This document shows, piece by piece, positions 9,434 to 18,954 of a DNA stretch of 64,000 bases (position 1 is its first letter; each line of letters starts with the position of its first letter). Source of the stretch: Dehalococcoidia bacterium (GTDB lineage: Bacteria; Chloroflexota; Dehalococcoidia; GIF9; UBA5629); the NCBI GenBank assembly GCA_034429715.1, contig DAOUFR010000058.1, positions 7,811-71,810 on the forward strand, given 5' to 3'. The notes beneath the pieces were generated by a model. It searched no databases. It was not told where the DNA came from and saw only the letters and a program-made list of their open reading frames with translations. The translations under genes were made by a program, and so were the position numbers.

Positions 9434-10864
9434 ATGCATGATTTGCACGAAAGCTGTGGCATTTTCGGTATTTACGCCCCCGGAGTAGATGTAGCCCGTA
9501 TCTCTTTCTTTGCTCTGTTTGCCCTTCAGCATCGCGGGCAGGAAAGCGCGGGTATAGCTACGGTCGAGGGTGGAAAGATCTATATCCATACGGATATGGG
9601 GCTTGTTTCACACGCATTCAACGAGGAAGAGTTGCTGCGTCTCAAGGGCAATATCGCCATCGGCCATAACCGATACTCCACCACAGGCTCCAGCGTTGCC
9701 TGCAATGCCCAGCCTATCCTGGCGGGCACCACTGACTTGCAGGTGGCCCTGGCCCATAACGGCAATATAATCAACAGCGCCGCCCTGCGGGCCAGTCTGG
9801 AGGAGCAGAGCTTCAAATTCAACTCGTCCACCGACTCGGAGGTGATCGGCTACCTGATGATCAGCTCTCCCGAGAAAGAGATAGAAGCAAAAATCAAGTA
9901 CGCCATGCGTCGTCTGCAGGGGGCCTACTCCCTGGTTATACTGGCAGGAGAAAGGCTCTACGGCGTGCGCGATCCCATGGGCGTCAGGCCGCTGTCGCTG
10001 GGGACCATCGACGGCGGGTGGGTGCTGGCATCCGAGACGTGTGCTTTCGATAATATCGGCGCCCAGTTCGTCAGGGAGATAGAGCCCGGCGAGATTGTTA
10101 CAATCGATGGTAACGGCGTGCGCAGCACACGTATCGAAAGCGAACGTAAGGCCCTCTGTATATTCGAATTTATCTACTTTGCCCGGCCCGACAGCCTGCT
10201 CAACGGTAAACTGATTTACTCCGCCCGGGAGCAGATGGGCGCAATACTGTCCAGGGAGTACCCGGTGGATGCCGATATGGTAATGGGTGTACCCGATTCA
10301 GCCACGGCCGCCGGAATAGGTTACGCCAGGGCTTCGGGCATCCCCTACCATGAAGGCCTGCTCAAGAACCGCTATGTGGCGCGTACCTTTATTGCACCGG
10401 ACCAGCGCCTGCGCGAACTGGGGGTCAGGCTGAAGTTCAACCCATTGACTCAGGAGATATCCGGCAAGCGACTGGTTGTAGTGGATGACAGCATCGTGCG
10501 CGGCACTACCACGCCTCGTGTTATCAACATGCTGAAAAAAGCCGGGGCCAGGGAGGTGCATATGAGGATCTGCGCACCGCCCATACGCTACCCCTGCTTT
10601 TTCGGCGTCGATATGGCTACGCGCTGGGAGTTGATAGCAGCGCATAAAACCGTGCCCGAGGTCAGAGACGCCATCGGCGCAGACACGCTCGGCCACATCA
10701 GCATGGACGGACTGATCGAGGCAGTAGGGCTGCCCAAGGAGATATTCTGCACCGCTTGCTTTACCGGCCAGTACCCGATGCCGGTGCAGCTTGAGATGGA
10801 CAAGTTACAACTGGAGACTCTTCCTTTAGACGTGGCAAGGAGCCTCAGTGAAATCGAAACCTAA
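9434..10864 (+). CDS. purF: amidophosphoribosyltransferase
   Basis: A 7-aa propeptide is followed by CGIFGI (the Ntn Cys). The PRTase motif VVVDDSIVRGTT and C-terminal Cys ligands are present. Confidence 0.9.
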   Translation: MHDLHESCGIFGIYAPGVDVARISFFALFALQHRGQESAGIATVEGGKIYIHTDMGLVSHAFNEEELLRLKGNIAIGHNRYSTTGSSVACNAQPILAGTTDLQVALAHNGNIINSAALRASLEEQSFKFNSSTDSEVIGYLMISSPEKEIEAKIKYAMRRLQGAYSLVILAGERLYGVRDPMGVRPLSLGTIDGGWVLASETCAFDNIGAQFVREIEPGEIVTIDGNGVRSTRIESERKALCIFEFIYFARPDSLLNGKLIYSAREQMGAILSREYPVDADMVMGVPDSATAAGIGYARASGIPYHEGLLKNRYVARTFIAPDQRLRELGVRLKFNPLTQEISGKRLVVVDDSIVRGTTTPRVINMLKKAGAREVHMRICAPPIRYPCFFGVDMATRWELIAAHKTVPEVRDAIGADTLGHISMDGLIEAVGLPKEIFCTACFTGQYPMPVQLEMDKLQLETLPLDVARSLSEIET

Positions 10865-11873
10865 GGGCGCTTATGCCCAGGCCGGTGTCGACATATCGGC
10901 TGCCGATAAGACCAAGGAACTGATTAAGGAACTGGTGCGGCCGACGTTCGGCCCCGAGGTGTTGACCGATATCGGGCATTTCGGCGCTTTCTTCAAGCTG
11001 AAAAAGTACAGGGACCCCGTGCTCGTCTCCAGCTCCGACGGCGTGGGCACCAAGCTGAAGATAGCCGTTCTTATGGACAAGCACGATACGGTCGGCATGG
11101 ACCTGGTCAACCATTGCGTTAACGACATACTCTGCAGCGGCGCCAGCCCCCTCTTTATGCTGGACTATGTGGCCCTGGGCAAGCTGCACCCGCACAAGGT
11201 GGCGGCCATAGTGTCCGGCCTGGCACAAGCCTGCAGGGAGGTGGGCTGCGCTCTGATCGGCGGCGAGACGGCCGAAATGCCCGGCATGTACAAATCGGCA
11301 GACTACGACCTGGCGGGATTCATCGTGGGTGTGGTGGAAAAAAATAGTCTGATCAGCGGTGAGAAGATCAGCGAAGGCGATACCGTGATCGGGCTTGCGT
11401 CAACAGGCCTGCATACAAACGGTTACTCGCTGGTACGCAAGGTGTTCAACATCGACCATGATTCGCTAACACTCAAGGTGATACATCCCGAGCTGGGCAG
11501 GACCCTGGGAGAGGAGCTGCTCGTGCCTCACCCCTGCTATTACAATGATCTAAAACCCTACCTGGGGGAGGTCCACGGCATCGCGCATATAACCGGTGGA
11601 GGGCTTGTGGGGAATATACCGCGAATCCTGCCTCAAAGCTGTTCGGTGGAGCTGGACAGGTCATCCTGGACGACGCCTGCCATATTTGAGCTCATTCAGA
11701 AGAGAGGCAATGTCAGGGATGAAGAGATGTTCCGCGTCTTCAATATGGGCGTGGGCATGGTCGTGCTCTGCGATAAGGAATGCTCCGATAAAATATTGCA
11801 GACCGTGACCGGTGCGAGCGTAATCGGCAGGGTTATCAAGGCCAATGGCAGCGAGAGAGTGATAATACGGTAA
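10848..11873 (+). CDS. purM: phosphoribosylformylglycinamidine cyclo-ligase (AIR synthetase)
   Basis: PurM/AIRS N- and C-domains are present (GAYAQAGVDI, DLAGF, GGLVGNIPR). The GTG start overlaps the purF end. Confidence 0.85.
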   Translation: MKSKPKGAYAQAGVDISAADKTKELIKELVRPTFGPEVLTDIGHFGAFFKLKKYRDPVLVSSSDGVGTKLKIAVLMDKHDTVGMDLVNHCVNDILCSGASPLFMLDYVALGKLHPHKVAAIVSGLAQACREVGCALIGGETAEMPGMYKSADYDLAGFIVGVVEKNSLISGEKISEGDTVIGLASTGLHTNGYSLVRKVFNIDHDSLTLKVIHPELGRTLGEELLVPHPCYYNDLKPYLGEVHGIAHITGGGLVGNIPRILPQSCSVELDRSSWTTPAIFELIQKRGNVRDEEMFRVFNMGVGMVVLCDKECSDKILQTVTGASVIGRVIKANGSERVIIR

Positions 11874-11883
11874 GGGGGTAGCC

Positions 11884-13416
11884 ATGCGAGCAATCCTGAG
11901 CGTTTCCAATAAATCAGGGCTGGTCGATTTCGCTAAAAAGCTGGGGAGTCTCAAGGTCGAGATATTCAGCACCGGCGGCACCAGGAAATCGTTGACCGAT
12001 TCAGGCCTTAAAGTACGCAGCATATCGGACATTACCGGATTTCCCGAGATACTGGACGGCCGGGTTAAAACGCTGCACCCCGCGGTGCATGGCGGGATAC
12101 TTGCGCGGCGCGACCTGGACCGGCATATGCAGGAGCTTGGCGATCATAAGATCGGCTTGATCGACCTGGTGGTGGTCAACCTGTATCCCTTTGTCGAGAC
12201 CGTTTCCAAAGCGGAAGTGACGCTGGAAGACGCGCTGGAGAATATCGATATCGGCGGCCCGACTATGATCAGGGCTGCGGCCAAGAATTTCCCGGCCGTT
12301 CTGGTGGTGGTGGACCCGGCGGACTATGATGAACTGATAGAAAAACTGAAGGCGGGACAGGTCGACACGGCCTTCCGCCGCAAGCTGGCGCAGAAAGCGT
12401 TTCAGCATGTTGCGCTCTATGACACGGCTATCTCACAGTACCTGCTGGAAGGCGAGACCTTCCCCGGGGACCTTACTCTGGCCCTGAGCAAAATGTATAA
12501 CCTTCGCTACGGCGAAAACCCGCATCAGCCTGCGGCGCTGTACGTTGAGAAGGTGGCGGGGCATAACCCCCGGGGTATCACCCAGGTCAAACGGCACTCC
12601 GGGCCCGAGCTTTCTTTCAACAACTTCCTTGATATCGACTCGGCATGGAATGTGGTGAGCGATTTTGTGGAGCCCGCCGTGGCGGTCATCAAGCACACAA
12701 ATCCCTGCGGCCTGTGCAGCAACAACGACCTTGTCGAAGCCTACGGCAGGGCGCTGGCCGGTGACCCCGTGGCAGCCTTCGGGGGTATCGTGGCCGTGAA
12801 CAGGGTAATGGATATCGCCCTGGCCACCGAGGTGGATAAGACGCATTTCGATGCAATCATAACGGGAGGGTATACGGAGGAGGCGCTGGCATTGCTGGGC
12901 CGCAAGAAGAGCCTGCGGCTGCTGTCCATGCCGGCTGAGCCGCCGGCTCCCGGGGGAAAAGCGGTGGAGTTTCGCCCTATTAGAGGAGGATTCCTCGCGC
13001 AGCTCAAGGATTTTTATACGGAAGAAGAATTCAAGCCCAGGGTCGTAACCAAACGCGCGCCGAGCGAGAGAGAATGGGAAGACCTCTTCTTCGCCTGGAA
13101 GGTGGTCAAGCATATTAAATCGAACGGCATAACGCTGGCCAGGGACCGCACGCTGCTGGGCATGGGAGCGGGCCAGCCCAACCGGTCTGTCAGCGCCCAG
13201 ATCGCCCTGGAGCGGGCAGGCGGAAAATCGAAGGGGGCTGTGCTGGGCTCGGATGCCTTCATCCCCTTCCCTGATACGGTGGAGCTGGCCGCAGCCGGCG
13301 GGGTGACGGCCATAATACAGGTGGGCGGATCGATCAGGGACCAGCAGTCCATCGATGCGGCCGACAAGCACGGCATGGCCATGGTTTTCACAGGAGTCAG
13401 GCATTTCAAGCATTGA
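11884..13416 (+). CDS. purH: bifunctional AICAR transformylase/IMP cyclohydrolase
   Basis: An MGS-like N-domain (RAILSVSNKSGLVDFAK, STGGT) is joined to an AICARFT C-domain. An AAGGGGG RBS is present. Confidence 0.9.
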   Translation: MRAILSVSNKSGLVDFAKKLGSLKVEIFSTGGTRKSLTDSGLKVRSISDITGFPEILDGRVKTLHPAVHGGILARRDLDRHMQELGDHKIGLIDLVVVNLYPFVETVSKAEVTLEDALENIDIGGPTMIRAAAKNFPAVLVVVDPADYDELIEKLKAGQVDTAFRRKLAQKAFQHVALYDTAISQYLLEGETFPGDLTLALSKMYNLRYGENPHQPAALYVEKVAGHNPRGITQVKRHSGPELSFNNFLDIDSAWNVVSDFVEPAVAVIKHTNPCGLCSNNDLVEAYGRALAGDPVAAFGGIVAVNRVMDIALATEVDKTHFDAIITGGYTEEALALLGRKKSLRLLSMPAEPPAPGGKAVEFRPIRGGFLAQLKDFYTEEEFKPRVVTKRAPSEREWEDLFFAWKVVKHIKSNGITLARDRTLLGMGAGQPNRSVSAQIALERAGGKSKGAVLGSDAFIPFPDTVELAAAGGVTAIIQVGGSIRDQQSIDAADKHGMAMVFTGVRHFKH

Positions 13417-13805
13417 GCAAAGGCGGTAAAATAGCAGCAGGCGGTGCAACTATGCTGATGATAAATATCGATACATTCAACCAGGCCCGGGCCAAGCTCG
13501 GGAATACTGCGACCAGGCGTGAGGGCATCGAGGAACTGCGTAAGTTCCTGGATATAAAGCAGGCGCACCTGTGGCGGTCGGAAGTCATAGCTCCCTGCTG
13601 CGGCAACCTGGGCGGATTCGCCTGCCAGCTGAGCGAGGAAACACAGCTCCTGGAGAAAGCGCTGCCCCTGCTGGAAAATGACGACCTGGACGGGGCGAAG
13701 CCCATGCTCGACCGGCTGGCGCAGCTGATTGGCTACGGCATGGGACAGAAGGAGACGCCGGACCTCATCCGGCGGCTGACCAACTCCCCCGGGCCATCTC
13801 ATTAG
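13413..13805 (+). CDS. hypothetical protein (130 aa; start could be ATG 13452)
   Basis: The ORF is in operon position and overlaps the purH stop by 4 nt. Codon usage is consistent with neighbours. I recognise no motif. Confidence 0.4.
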   Translation: MSKGGKIAAGGATMLMINIDTFNQARAKLGNTATRREGIEELRKFLDIKQAHLWRSEVIAPCCGNLGGFACQLSEETQLLEKALPLLENDDLDGAKPMLDRLAQLIGYGMGQKETPDLIRRLTNSPGPSH

Positions 13806-13836
13806 AAACAACTATAACTGGTTGTCGGAGGAAGAC

Positions 13837-14241
13837 ATGAGTAAGAGGCGGGCAATTATACCCAAAGGCTGGGAGATCTACGAGCACCTTACCTTTGCGC
13901 CGGCCGTGCGCAGGGGCAATATGCTCTACATCTCGGGCACCGATGCCACGGAGATCGACCTTCAGACCGGCAAACTGTTAATCAGGGGAGACATCGTGCA
14001 GCAGTACCGAACGATCTTTCTCAAGATGAAAACCATACTGGATGCGGCCGGCGCTACCTTTGATGACGTGGTCTGGACCTGCGACTATATAAAAACCAAA
14101 GAAGGGTACAAGGGGACGGCGGCTGTGCGACGGGAGTTCTTCGGCGCCAGCTTCCCCGCCTCCACCGGCATAGTGGTCCAGGACCTTCTGAGCAGGGACG
14201 CCCTGGTTGAGATGGACGCCGTAGCCATGCTCGACGGATAA
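13837..14241 (+). CDS. RidA/YjgF/L-PSP family reactive-intermediate deaminase
   Basis: RidA-family length and the C-terminal motif (GASFPASTGIVVQDL ... VEMDAVA) fit. A GGAGG RBS precedes the ATG at 13837. Confidence 0.7.
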   Translation: MSKRRAIIPKGWEIYEHLTFAPAVRRGNMLYISGTDATEIDLQTGKLLIRGDIVQQYRTIFLKMKTILDAAGATFDDVVWTCDYIKTKEGYKGTAAVRREFFGASFPASTGIVVQDLLSRDALVEMDAVAMLDG

Positions 14242-14242
14242 C

Positions 14243-14917
14243 ATGCACAAGACTGTAGTCATCGCCCACCGCGGCTTCCACAGGGACTTTCCCGAGAATA
14301 CGCTGGAGGCTTTTAAAGCCGCCCTCGATCTAGGGGCGGACGGGGTCGAGTTCGACGTGCAGGAGACCGCGGACGGTGGATTCGTTATCCATCATGATGC
14401 GGATATAGGTGGAAGCAGCATCGGCAGCCTTTCGCTGGCCGACCTGGCCGGGCGCAGGGTGGCAGGCGGCTACCGCATACCCACACTGCAGGAAGCGCTG
14501 AATATACTGGGCAAAGGGCTGGTGCTTCTGGTCGAGCTCAAACAGGTGCGTTCCCCGGACAAATTCCTGACCATACTGCGCAGCTATGTCGATAAGGCGT
14601 GGACGGTGCTGGTCTCTTTTGATGCCGCCCTGATCGAGAGACTGGCAGTGCTGGCGCCTGAGTTGCCCCGCGCTGTTATCAGCGAGCCCAAAGATAGCGG
14701 GCATAAGGTTGCCTCAGCCGGGACCGCCGGTTTCGCTCAGCTGGCCGCCGGTATGGTAACGGGCGATCTGGTTGAAAAAGCGCATGCCAGAGGAGACCTG
14801 GTGTTCGTCTGGGACGGCGGGGATGAGGAAACGATGAGACGGGCTGTGCGCTGCGGACCTGACGTGATCATGACCGACCGTCCCGATATCGTGATCAGGG
14901 AAATCCGGAAGCTATAA
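14243..14917 (+). CDS. glycerophosphodiester phosphodiesterase (GDPD family)
   Basis: The motifs HRGFHRDFPENTLEAF, GADGVEFDVQ and HHD mark the GDPD family. Confidence 0.75.
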   Translation: MHKTVVIAHRGFHRDFPENTLEAFKAALDLGADGVEFDVQETADGGFVIHHDADIGGSSIGSLSLADLAGRRVAGGYRIPTLQEALNILGKGLVLLVELKQVRSPDKFLTILRSYVDKAWTVLVSFDAALIERLAVLAPELPRAVISEPKDSGHKVASAGTAGFAQLAAGMVTGDLVEKAHARGDLVFVWDGGDEETMRRAVRCGPDVIMTDRPDIVIREIRKL

Positions 14918-15709
14918 ATCCCGGCTTTTCAGCCGCTCCCGGGCCAGCTCACAGGCGGCCGGGGAGACATCGATGCCGATCCATCGGCGGCCCAGCTTGT
15001 GAGCGGCGGCCAGGGCTGTGCCGCTTCCGCAAAAGGCGTCCAGCACGATATCCCCCTGATTGCTGCCGGCGGAGACTATTCTTTCGAGCAGGGCCAGCGG
15101 CTTCTGTGTAGGATAGTCCAGTCGCTCGCGGCTGGTCCTGCCCACCATGTTTATCTCCCAATAATCTTTCATACCTACCTGCGTATACCAGCCGGCCTCA
15201 TCCCGGTACTCAGCCACGCCCTGGAACCTGTAGGGCTTGAGCCCGCGGTTGTACGATTTCTCCTTCAGCCCGTTGAAAACATAATCGCCGGTCTTGGAAT
15301 AGAAGAGGATGATATCGTGCTTGCGCGAGAAGCGCCTGCGCGGGCTGGCTCCTCCCGACCTGTAGCACCAAACTATTTCGTTCTGAAAATTGCTGTAGCC
15401 GAATAAATCGGGGCCGTCCAGCAGCACCTTGACGTAATGCGACGCATGCCAGTCACAGTGATAGTAGAAGCTGCCCGTCGGCTTTAAAACGCGGTGCAGT
15501 TCTTTAATTCGTGGTTTCATATAATCAAGATAGGCGTTCACACCATCGAACCTGTCTTCAAAGCGCCTGTCGCCGGTGGTCTTGGGGGAGGTACTGTAGT
15601 TGCGGTTGGAATTGAAGGGCGGGTCGATATAGATCAGGTCGACGCTTTGCGAAGCTATATCCCTCAGCTTCACCAGGCAGTCGCCGCAGTAGATAATGCC
15701 GGTCTTCAC
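14912..15709 (-). CDS. beta-class (N6-adenine or N4-cytosine) DNA methyltransferase, orphan
   Basis: DPPF (motif IV) sits near the N-terminus and FCGSGTALAAA (motif I) near the C-terminus. I find no adjacent restriction endonuclease candidate. The 3' end overlaps the GDPD gene by 6 nt, convergently. Confidence 0.75.
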   Translation of the reverse strand: MKTGIIYCGDCLVKLRDIASQSVDLIYIDPPFNSNRNYSTSPKTTGDRRFEDRFDGVNAYLDYMKPRIKELHRVLKPTGSFYYHCDWHASHYVKVLLDGPDLFGYSNFQNEIVWCYRSGGASPRRRFSRKHDIILFYSKTGDYVFNGLKEKSYNRGLKPYRFQGVAEYRDEAGWYTQVGMKDYWEINMVGRTSRERLDYPTQKPLALLERIVSAGSNQGDIVLDAFCGSGTALAAAHKLGRRWIGIDVSPAACELARERLKSRDL

Positions 15710-15784
15710 AGATTCATTGTATCATGCGGGATGTCCCGGTTTAATGCTATTATTGGATAAAATCGATTACGCGAGAGGTTTAGT

Positions 15785-16294
15785 GTGACGGAATCGACGA
15801 TCAACCAGGTTAAATCGTTAATATTACCTTTGACGGCGTTGTTTATCATACCGGCCGCCATCCTGTGGGCGACCGGATTTAAAATCGGCTGGGGCCTGGG
15901 TCTGCCCTGGGATGCGGTGATCGTGCTGGCAGGCGGAATATTGATGGGTGCCGGGCTGTATTACCTTTCCATTACCATACGGCTTTTTGTCAATATCGGA
16001 AAGGGCACTCTGGCGCCCTGGTCGCCCACCAGGAAGCTGGTGGTCATCGGACCCTATCGCCACGTGCGCAATCCCATGATCAGCGGCGTGCTGATGACGC
16101 TGCTGGGTGAATCAATAGTCTTCGGTTCGATAGGAATATTCATCTGGTTCCTGCTGTTTTTCATCGTCAACCATATTTATTTCATATGTTCGGAGGAGCC
16201 GGGCCTGGAGAAGAGGTTTGGCGGGGAATACCTTATATATAAAAAGAACGTGCCACGCTGGATACCCAGGTTGCAGCCGTGGACCGGCCAATAA
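15785..16294 (+). CDS. isoprenylcysteine carboxyl methyltransferase (ICMT/PEMT) family membrane methyltransferase
   Basis: TM helices are present together with the C-terminal motif VVIGPYRHVRNPMISG. Confidence 0.65.
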   Translation: MTESTINQVKSLILPLTALFIIPAAILWATGFKIGWGLGLPWDAVIVLAGGILMGAGLYYLSITIRLFVNIGKGTLAPWSPTRKLVVIGPYRHVRNPMISGVLMTLLGESIVFGSIGIFIWFLLFFIVNHIYFICSEEPGLEKRFGGEYLIYKKNVPRWIPRLQPWTGQ

Positions 16295-16305
16295 AAGGGA
16301 TTAAT

Positions 16306-16953
16306 ATGGCATTTCAAAGGTCCGACCTGGTGAATTTCTATTCCCACCTGCTGGGCGCCGTGGCGTCACTGGCGGGCTATATAGTCCTGCTCTGCAACTC
16401 CTCCGGCTCCATGACAAAAATCGTTCTGTCCAGCATTTACAGCCTGTGTGCCATCTTCATCTTCACCTGCAGCGCCATTTACCACGGGCAGAAAGCGGGC
16501 GAAGACGAGAGAAATCCGTGGCGGCGGCTGGACCATATAGCGATCTTCTTTATGATAGCGGGCACGTATACGCCTATAAGCTATATTTACCTGGAAGGCT
16601 GGTGGCGCTGGGGCATCATCGGCGCGCAGTGGCTGCTGGTCATCCTTGGATTCGTCTTCAAGATGGTTTATATCCACGGCCCGCGCTGGCTGACTACAGT
16701 GATCTACGTCGTAATGGGCTGGATGTTACTGGTACCCCTTATATGGGGTCCTTTGCTGTCGACCATGCCGCTCCAATCGCTTTTATTGCTGTTGGCCGGC
16801 GGCGTTGCCTATACTCTTGGAGCGGTTTTCTACGCCATGAAGAAGCCCAACCCACTGCCAGGCGTATTCGGGTTCCACGAGATATTCCATCTGCTGGTCA
16901 TCGCAGGCGCGGTGCTGCACTATATGGTTATTTACTATGCCATAGCAGGATAA
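16306..16953 (+). CDS. hemolysin III / PAQR family membrane protein
   Basis: It has seven TM helices and the hlyIII motifs (YHGQ..., DHIAIFFMIAGTYTP, HEIFHLLV). Confidence 0.7.
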   Translation: MAFQRSDLVNFYSHLLGAVASLAGYIVLLCNSSGSMTKIVLSSIYSLCAIFIFTCSAIYHGQKAGEDERNPWRRLDHIAIFFMIAGTYTPISYIYLEGWWRWGIIGAQWLLVILGFVFKMVYIHGPRWLTTVIYVVMGWMLLVPLIWGPLLSTMPLQSLLLLLAGGVAYTLGAVFYAMKKPNPLPGVFGFHEIFHLLVIAGAVLHYMVIYYAIAG

Positions 16954-16970
16954 CGGGACGAGGGTAGAGT

Positions 16971-17741
16971 ATGAGAATCGAGATGCTGGGCGCCCATAAT
17001 ACGGAGACCGATAAAGCCCGACTACCATCTGTGCTGGTGGACGGTATCGTCGCGCTGGATGCGGGCGGCCTGACTGCTTCGCTGCCGCTGGAAAGGCAGC
17101 AGCAGATAAAGGCCGTATTGCTCACGCACCATCACTTCGATCACTGCAAGGACCTGATTATGCTGGGGGCCAACAGCCTGCCCTCTTCGACGGTTGATGT
17201 CTACGGCCTGCGCGATACGCTCGAAGTTGTTTATCTTTACCTGCTGGATGGGAAGCTGTATCGAGATTACACCTGCTGGCCCTCTGCGGAGAATCCGCGC
17301 ATGAAGCTGAAGCCTGTTGCGCTGTTTCAACCACTATCGCTGCAAAACCTTGAAGTACTGCCCCTGCCCGTCAGCCATTCCGTCCCGTCGGTCGGCTACT
17401 TCATCAAAGCGGACGGCGGAAAAAGCCTCTTTTACGCGGGCGATACGGGGCCGGGTCTGGAGGGGTGCTGGGAGCGGATAGCGCCGGACCTGCTTGTTAT
17501 CGAGGTTACGCATCTAAATCGCGCACAGAAAGACATGGAGAAGCTGCGTCACATGACGCCAGGGATGCTGGCGCAGGAGCTTTTAGAGTTTCGCAAGGCC
17601 AGGGGCTACCTGCCCCGGGTGATCGTCGGCCATTTGCCTGTGGCGTACGAGGATGAGATGCGCGAAGAGATAGCCACGGCCGGCAAGCAGCTCGAGATGG
17701 AGATAGAGGTCGGATACGAAGGGCTGACGGTCGAACTGTGA
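16971..17741 (+). CDS. MBL-fold metallo-hydrolase
   Basis: The HxHxDH motif (LLTHHHFDHCKD) is present. Confidence 0.7.
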   Translation: MRIEMLGAHNTETDKARLPSVLVDGIVALDAGGLTASLPLERQQQIKAVLLTHHHFDHCKDLIMLGANSLPSSTVDVYGLRDTLEVVYLYLLDGKLYRDYTCWPSAENPRMKLKPVALFQPLSLQNLEVLPLPVSHSVPSVGYFIKADGGKSLFYAGDTGPGLEGCWERIAPDLLVIEVTHLNRAQKDMEKLRHMTPGMLAQELLEFRKARGYLPRVIVGHLPVAYEDEMREEIATAGKQLEMEIEVGYEGLTVEL

Positions 17742-17757
17742 GCGAGTTTTAATACGG

Positions 17758-17843
17758 GTCATTGCGAGGAGCATAGCGACGAAACAATCCTGTGCGTAAT
17801 TGCGGGTACACCGGATTGCCACGCCCTTCGGGCTCGCAATGAC
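17758..17843. repeat. 86-nt structured palindromic element (11-bp terminal inverted repeat GTCATTGCGAG/CTCGCAATGAC; internal C-UUCG-G tetraloop hairpin) in a convergent intergenic region
   Basis: The arms sit at 17758-17768 and 17833-17843. An internal GCCC-TTCG-GGGC hairpin lies at 17823-17833. Its location between the convergent MBL and hbd genes suggests a bidirectional terminator, small RNA or REP-like element. Confidence 0.5.
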
Positions 17844-17886
17844 ATTTAAAAACTGAAGCGCTCGGAACGATGTAATTAAATCGTAC

Positions 17887-18771
17887 TTACAGTTTGGTCA
17901 CATCGAAAGGGGTCATCTTCCCGTCGGGCGAGTAATCGTAGAAACCTTTGCCGACCTTGCGGCCCAGCCTTCCGGCCTTGAGCATTTTCTCCATCAGCGG
18001 CGATGACGCCGCGATATCCGCAGCGCCCAGCGCGGCGAAAGATTTGCCCACTCTTACATAAGTATCGATGCCTGCGTTGTCGGCGATCTCGAAGGGGCCG
18101 ACATTCCAGTTGAACCCGTAACGCATGCCTTTATCCACGTCTTCCACTGTTGCGATGCCGTTCTCTACCAGCGACAGCGCCTCCCGGAATGCGACACCGC
18201 TCACGCGGTTCATGATGAACCCGGGTATATCTTTCATGACTTTGACCGGGTACTGGCCGAGGGAAGCTATGAAGTCCACGCCTTTCCTGAACACTTCATC
18301 CGATGTCTTTTCGCCCTTGATGACCTCCACCAGCCGCATCACCGGCACCGGGCCGAAGAAGTGCAGTCCGACCACCCTCTCGGGATGTACGGTCAGCGAA
18401 GCCAGGCGCGTAATGGGTATGCTGGATGTGTTGGAGGCCAGGATGGTATCCGCCGGGCAGGCGGCGTCCAGCTCCTTGAACAGCTCCTTTTTCATTTTCT
18501 CGTCCTCGAAGACAGCTTCGATAACCCATTTACAGCGGGGGGCCATGGAGAAGTCATTGACCGGATTGATCCTGTTTTGCACCACCTGGGCGCTGTCCTT
18601 GATCCTGCCCTTGGAGGCAAGCTTCTCGGTCGACCATTTTATCTGCGCCAGGCTCTTTGTGATCGCCTCCGGACTCATATCCTGCAGGAAGACGTTGTAA
18701 CCGGACTGCGCCGCCACCTGGGCGATGCCTCCGCCCATGAAACCTGCGCCGATAACCATGACGTCGTCCAT
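17887..18771 (-). CDS. 3-hydroxybutyryl-CoA / 3-hydroxyacyl-CoA dehydrogenase
   Basis: A Rossmann motif VMVIGAGFMGGGIAQV is followed by a HAD C-domain. ATG 18771 has a GGGGG RBS. The track ORF extends spuriously upstream. Confidence 0.8.
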   Translation of the reverse strand: MDDVMVIGAGFMGGGIAQVAAQSGYNVFLQDMSPEAITKSLAQIKWSTEKLASKGRIKDSAQVVQNRINPVNDFSMAPRCKWVIEAVFEDEKMKKELFKELDAACPADTILASNTSSIPITRLASLTVHPERVVGLHFFGPVPVMRLVEVIKGEKTSDEVFRKGVDFIASLGQYPVKVMKDIPGFIMNRVSGVAFREALSLVENGIATVEDVDKGMRYGFNWNVGPFEIADNAGIDTYVRVGKSFAALGAADIAASSPLMEKMLKAGRLGRKVGKGFYDYSPDGKMTPFDVTKL

Positions 18772-18954
18772 AATTAAGACCCCCTTGAGTGAATTTTGCC
18801 TTAAGAAATGAAGCCTGCCTATTGTGCACAAATCCAACGGAATTAGCAATACACTGTACTGGCCCATCGCATCGTTATATAATATTTAACGCCGCCTCAA
18901 AGGGCGCCCCCCACCGGGCGGTCGCCAAATAATTTAATTACGGAGGTATCCCCC

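Noticed and set aside
9196-9462. 88-aa minus-strand ORF between the AbfD operon and purF.
   Set aside because: It overlaps the terminator hairpin and the purF promoter, and it has no RBS or motif.
12433-13449. Long minus-strand ORF (338 aa) antisense to purH, and similar long antisense ORFs at 31434-32339, 45584-46627, 51256-52332, 52429-53772, 59692-60654 and 61422-62360.
   Set aside because: Each lies completely within a strongly supported gene on the opposite strand. All are Arg/Gly/His/Pro-rich low-complexity translations typical of antisense frames in GC-rich DNA, and none has an RBS or recognisable motif.
14912-15784. I looked for a restriction endonuclease partner of the DNA methyltransferase on both sides.
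   Set aside because: Neighbours are a GDPD hydrolase and an ICMT-family membrane methyltransferase with clear unrelated motifs. No nuclease-like ORF is present.
18772-18867. Extended N-terminus of the hbd ORF (MGQYSVLL...).
   Set aside because: The Rossmann GxGxxG motif begins right after the internal Met (MDDVMVIGAG). That Met has a GGGGG RBS, and the paralog at 43328 starts at the equivalent position.
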